Positions 63,101-64,000 of a stretch of 64,000 bases of DNA are shown here, piece by piece. Origin of the DNA: Pseudovirgaria hyperparasitica. Lineage: Eukaryota. The position numbers and the translations under genes were made by a program. Every line of letters begins with the position of its first letter. Within the stretch, counting starts at the first letter, position 1. Under the pieces are notes generated by a model. That model was not told where the DNA came from. It did no database searches and saw only the letters and a program-made list of their open reading frames with translations. Location: NCBI GenBank assembly GCA_010093815.1, contig ML996575.1; one strand, given 5' to 3'.

Positions 63101-64000
63101 ACCATAGAAAGGGATAGGGTCGCTACTATCGTGGACTAGCCTAAACTAAAATTAATTTAAGATATACGTGTCTTTATTAGATTCGCTAATTACTACCGAA
63201 AATTCGTTAAGTATTTCTCCCGGCTAGTAGCACCGCTTAACGCGCGTACTACCACTATAGATTCGTCTATTACGGTCCGCGGTAGATAGAAACAGTGTAA
63301 TATTAAATCGTAGCCTATAGAATTATTAGAAGGCGAAAGGGCCTCCTTCGAGAAAATTAAAGAGGCATTTATAACTGCCCTATTACTAGTGTACTTTAAC
63401 CTAACTAAACCTATCCGCGTCGAAACCGACGCGTTAGAATTTATAATCTTAGGCATTCTCTCCTAGCCTAGACTAACTAAGTCTAAAAAGGTCTAATAGT
63501 ATCTAGTTACGTTCTTCTCACGTAAAATAGTCGATGTTAAGACTAGATATACTATCTATAACCAAGAGCTACTAGTAATAGTAGAGTCGTTTAAATAGTA
63601 GCGATATTATCTTAAAGGTGCCATATATAACGTCGAGTTACTAACTAATTACTATAACTTAAAGGGGTTTATAAGCACGATAGTTTTAAACTATTAATAG
63701 GTCTAATAGGCTAAGTAGCTTATAAACTTTTACTTTATAATCTACTATCGACCTAGAAGTATAAACCTAGCTAATAGAATATTAAGAAGACCTAACTATA
63801 AAGAAGGCGCCTAGGATTATAGTAGCTATAGGGTCCTAGAGTAGCTATAGGCCTAACTCTTAAGGACGAGGTTAGATTTTAAGTTATTAGACGATTAGCA
63901 AGATACTAACATCAATACCAGTAATCAAATCTCTAAGACCGAAGCCGGTAACTAAAGACGCGGTACCGAAGTCCCTAGTAGGCCGTTTATTAGCGCTATT
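60176..64000 (+). mobile_element. RIP-ed Ty3/Gypsy #2: 5' LTR about 60176-60407, gag with two CCHC knuckles, protease, RT, RNase H; continues beyond window
   Basis: LTR TGTATAGA..TCTATA(T<C)A. De-RIP CYTCGRMGHIAPEC and CYKCQQPGHIASNC (61656-61788), LDSG (61937-61948), YGPIYPLS, KTAFRTRYGHFEY, YLDD (62930-62941), PIRVETDAS. Confidence 0.93.

Larger units (their letters stand above)
36550..64000. other. RIP-mutated AT-rich repeat compartment
   Basis: Marked TpA excess with CpA/TpG depletion while CpG is retained. Reading frames are broken by TAA/TAG at Gln/Trp positions. Left boundary is approximate. Confidence 0.95.

Noticed and set aside
36400..64000. Starship element
   Set aside because: No tyrosine-recombinase (DUF3435 captain) motifs were recognised in any frame I decoded. 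The mobilisers seen are hAT, Gypsy and Plavaka. A captain outside the window cannot be excluded.

Overview
Genomic DNA of a filamentous ascomycete (short GT-AG introns with CTRAC branch sites, plus heavy RIP; Pezizomycotina is inferred). The window has two compartments. (1) About 1-36.4 kb is gene-dense and GC-balanced. It holds aspartyl aminopeptidase, PHO13-type HAD phosphatase and DNA primase large subunit. A backbone-less accessory cluster follows: two DUF4267-like membrane proteins, a PTH11/rhodopsin-domain protein, a cytochrome P450 and an MFS transporter. Then come a small C4 zinc-finger protein, a secreted HEXXH (M35/aspzincin-like) protein, tRNA-Arg(ACG), G-protein gamma subunit, NUC-1/Pho4 bHLH, eIF3a and a SLOG-like orphan. 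(2) About 36.5-64 kb is TpA-rich and RIP-mutated. Reversing RIP by hand (TpA back to CpA/TpG) shows a dead paralog of the secreted HEXXH gene and an apparent five-level nest of transposons: hAT remnant < LTR remnant < chromoviral Ty3/Gypsy with an antisense intron-containing Cys-rich gene < large multi-gene Plavaka-transposase element < second Ty3/Gypsy. The best candidate for a new system is the Plavaka element (>=13 kb), which appears to carry several unknown genes and a Upf1-like SF1 helicase. All de-RIP translations are manual and no database searches were run. A 240-N gap at 47245-47484 weakens any continuity claim across it.
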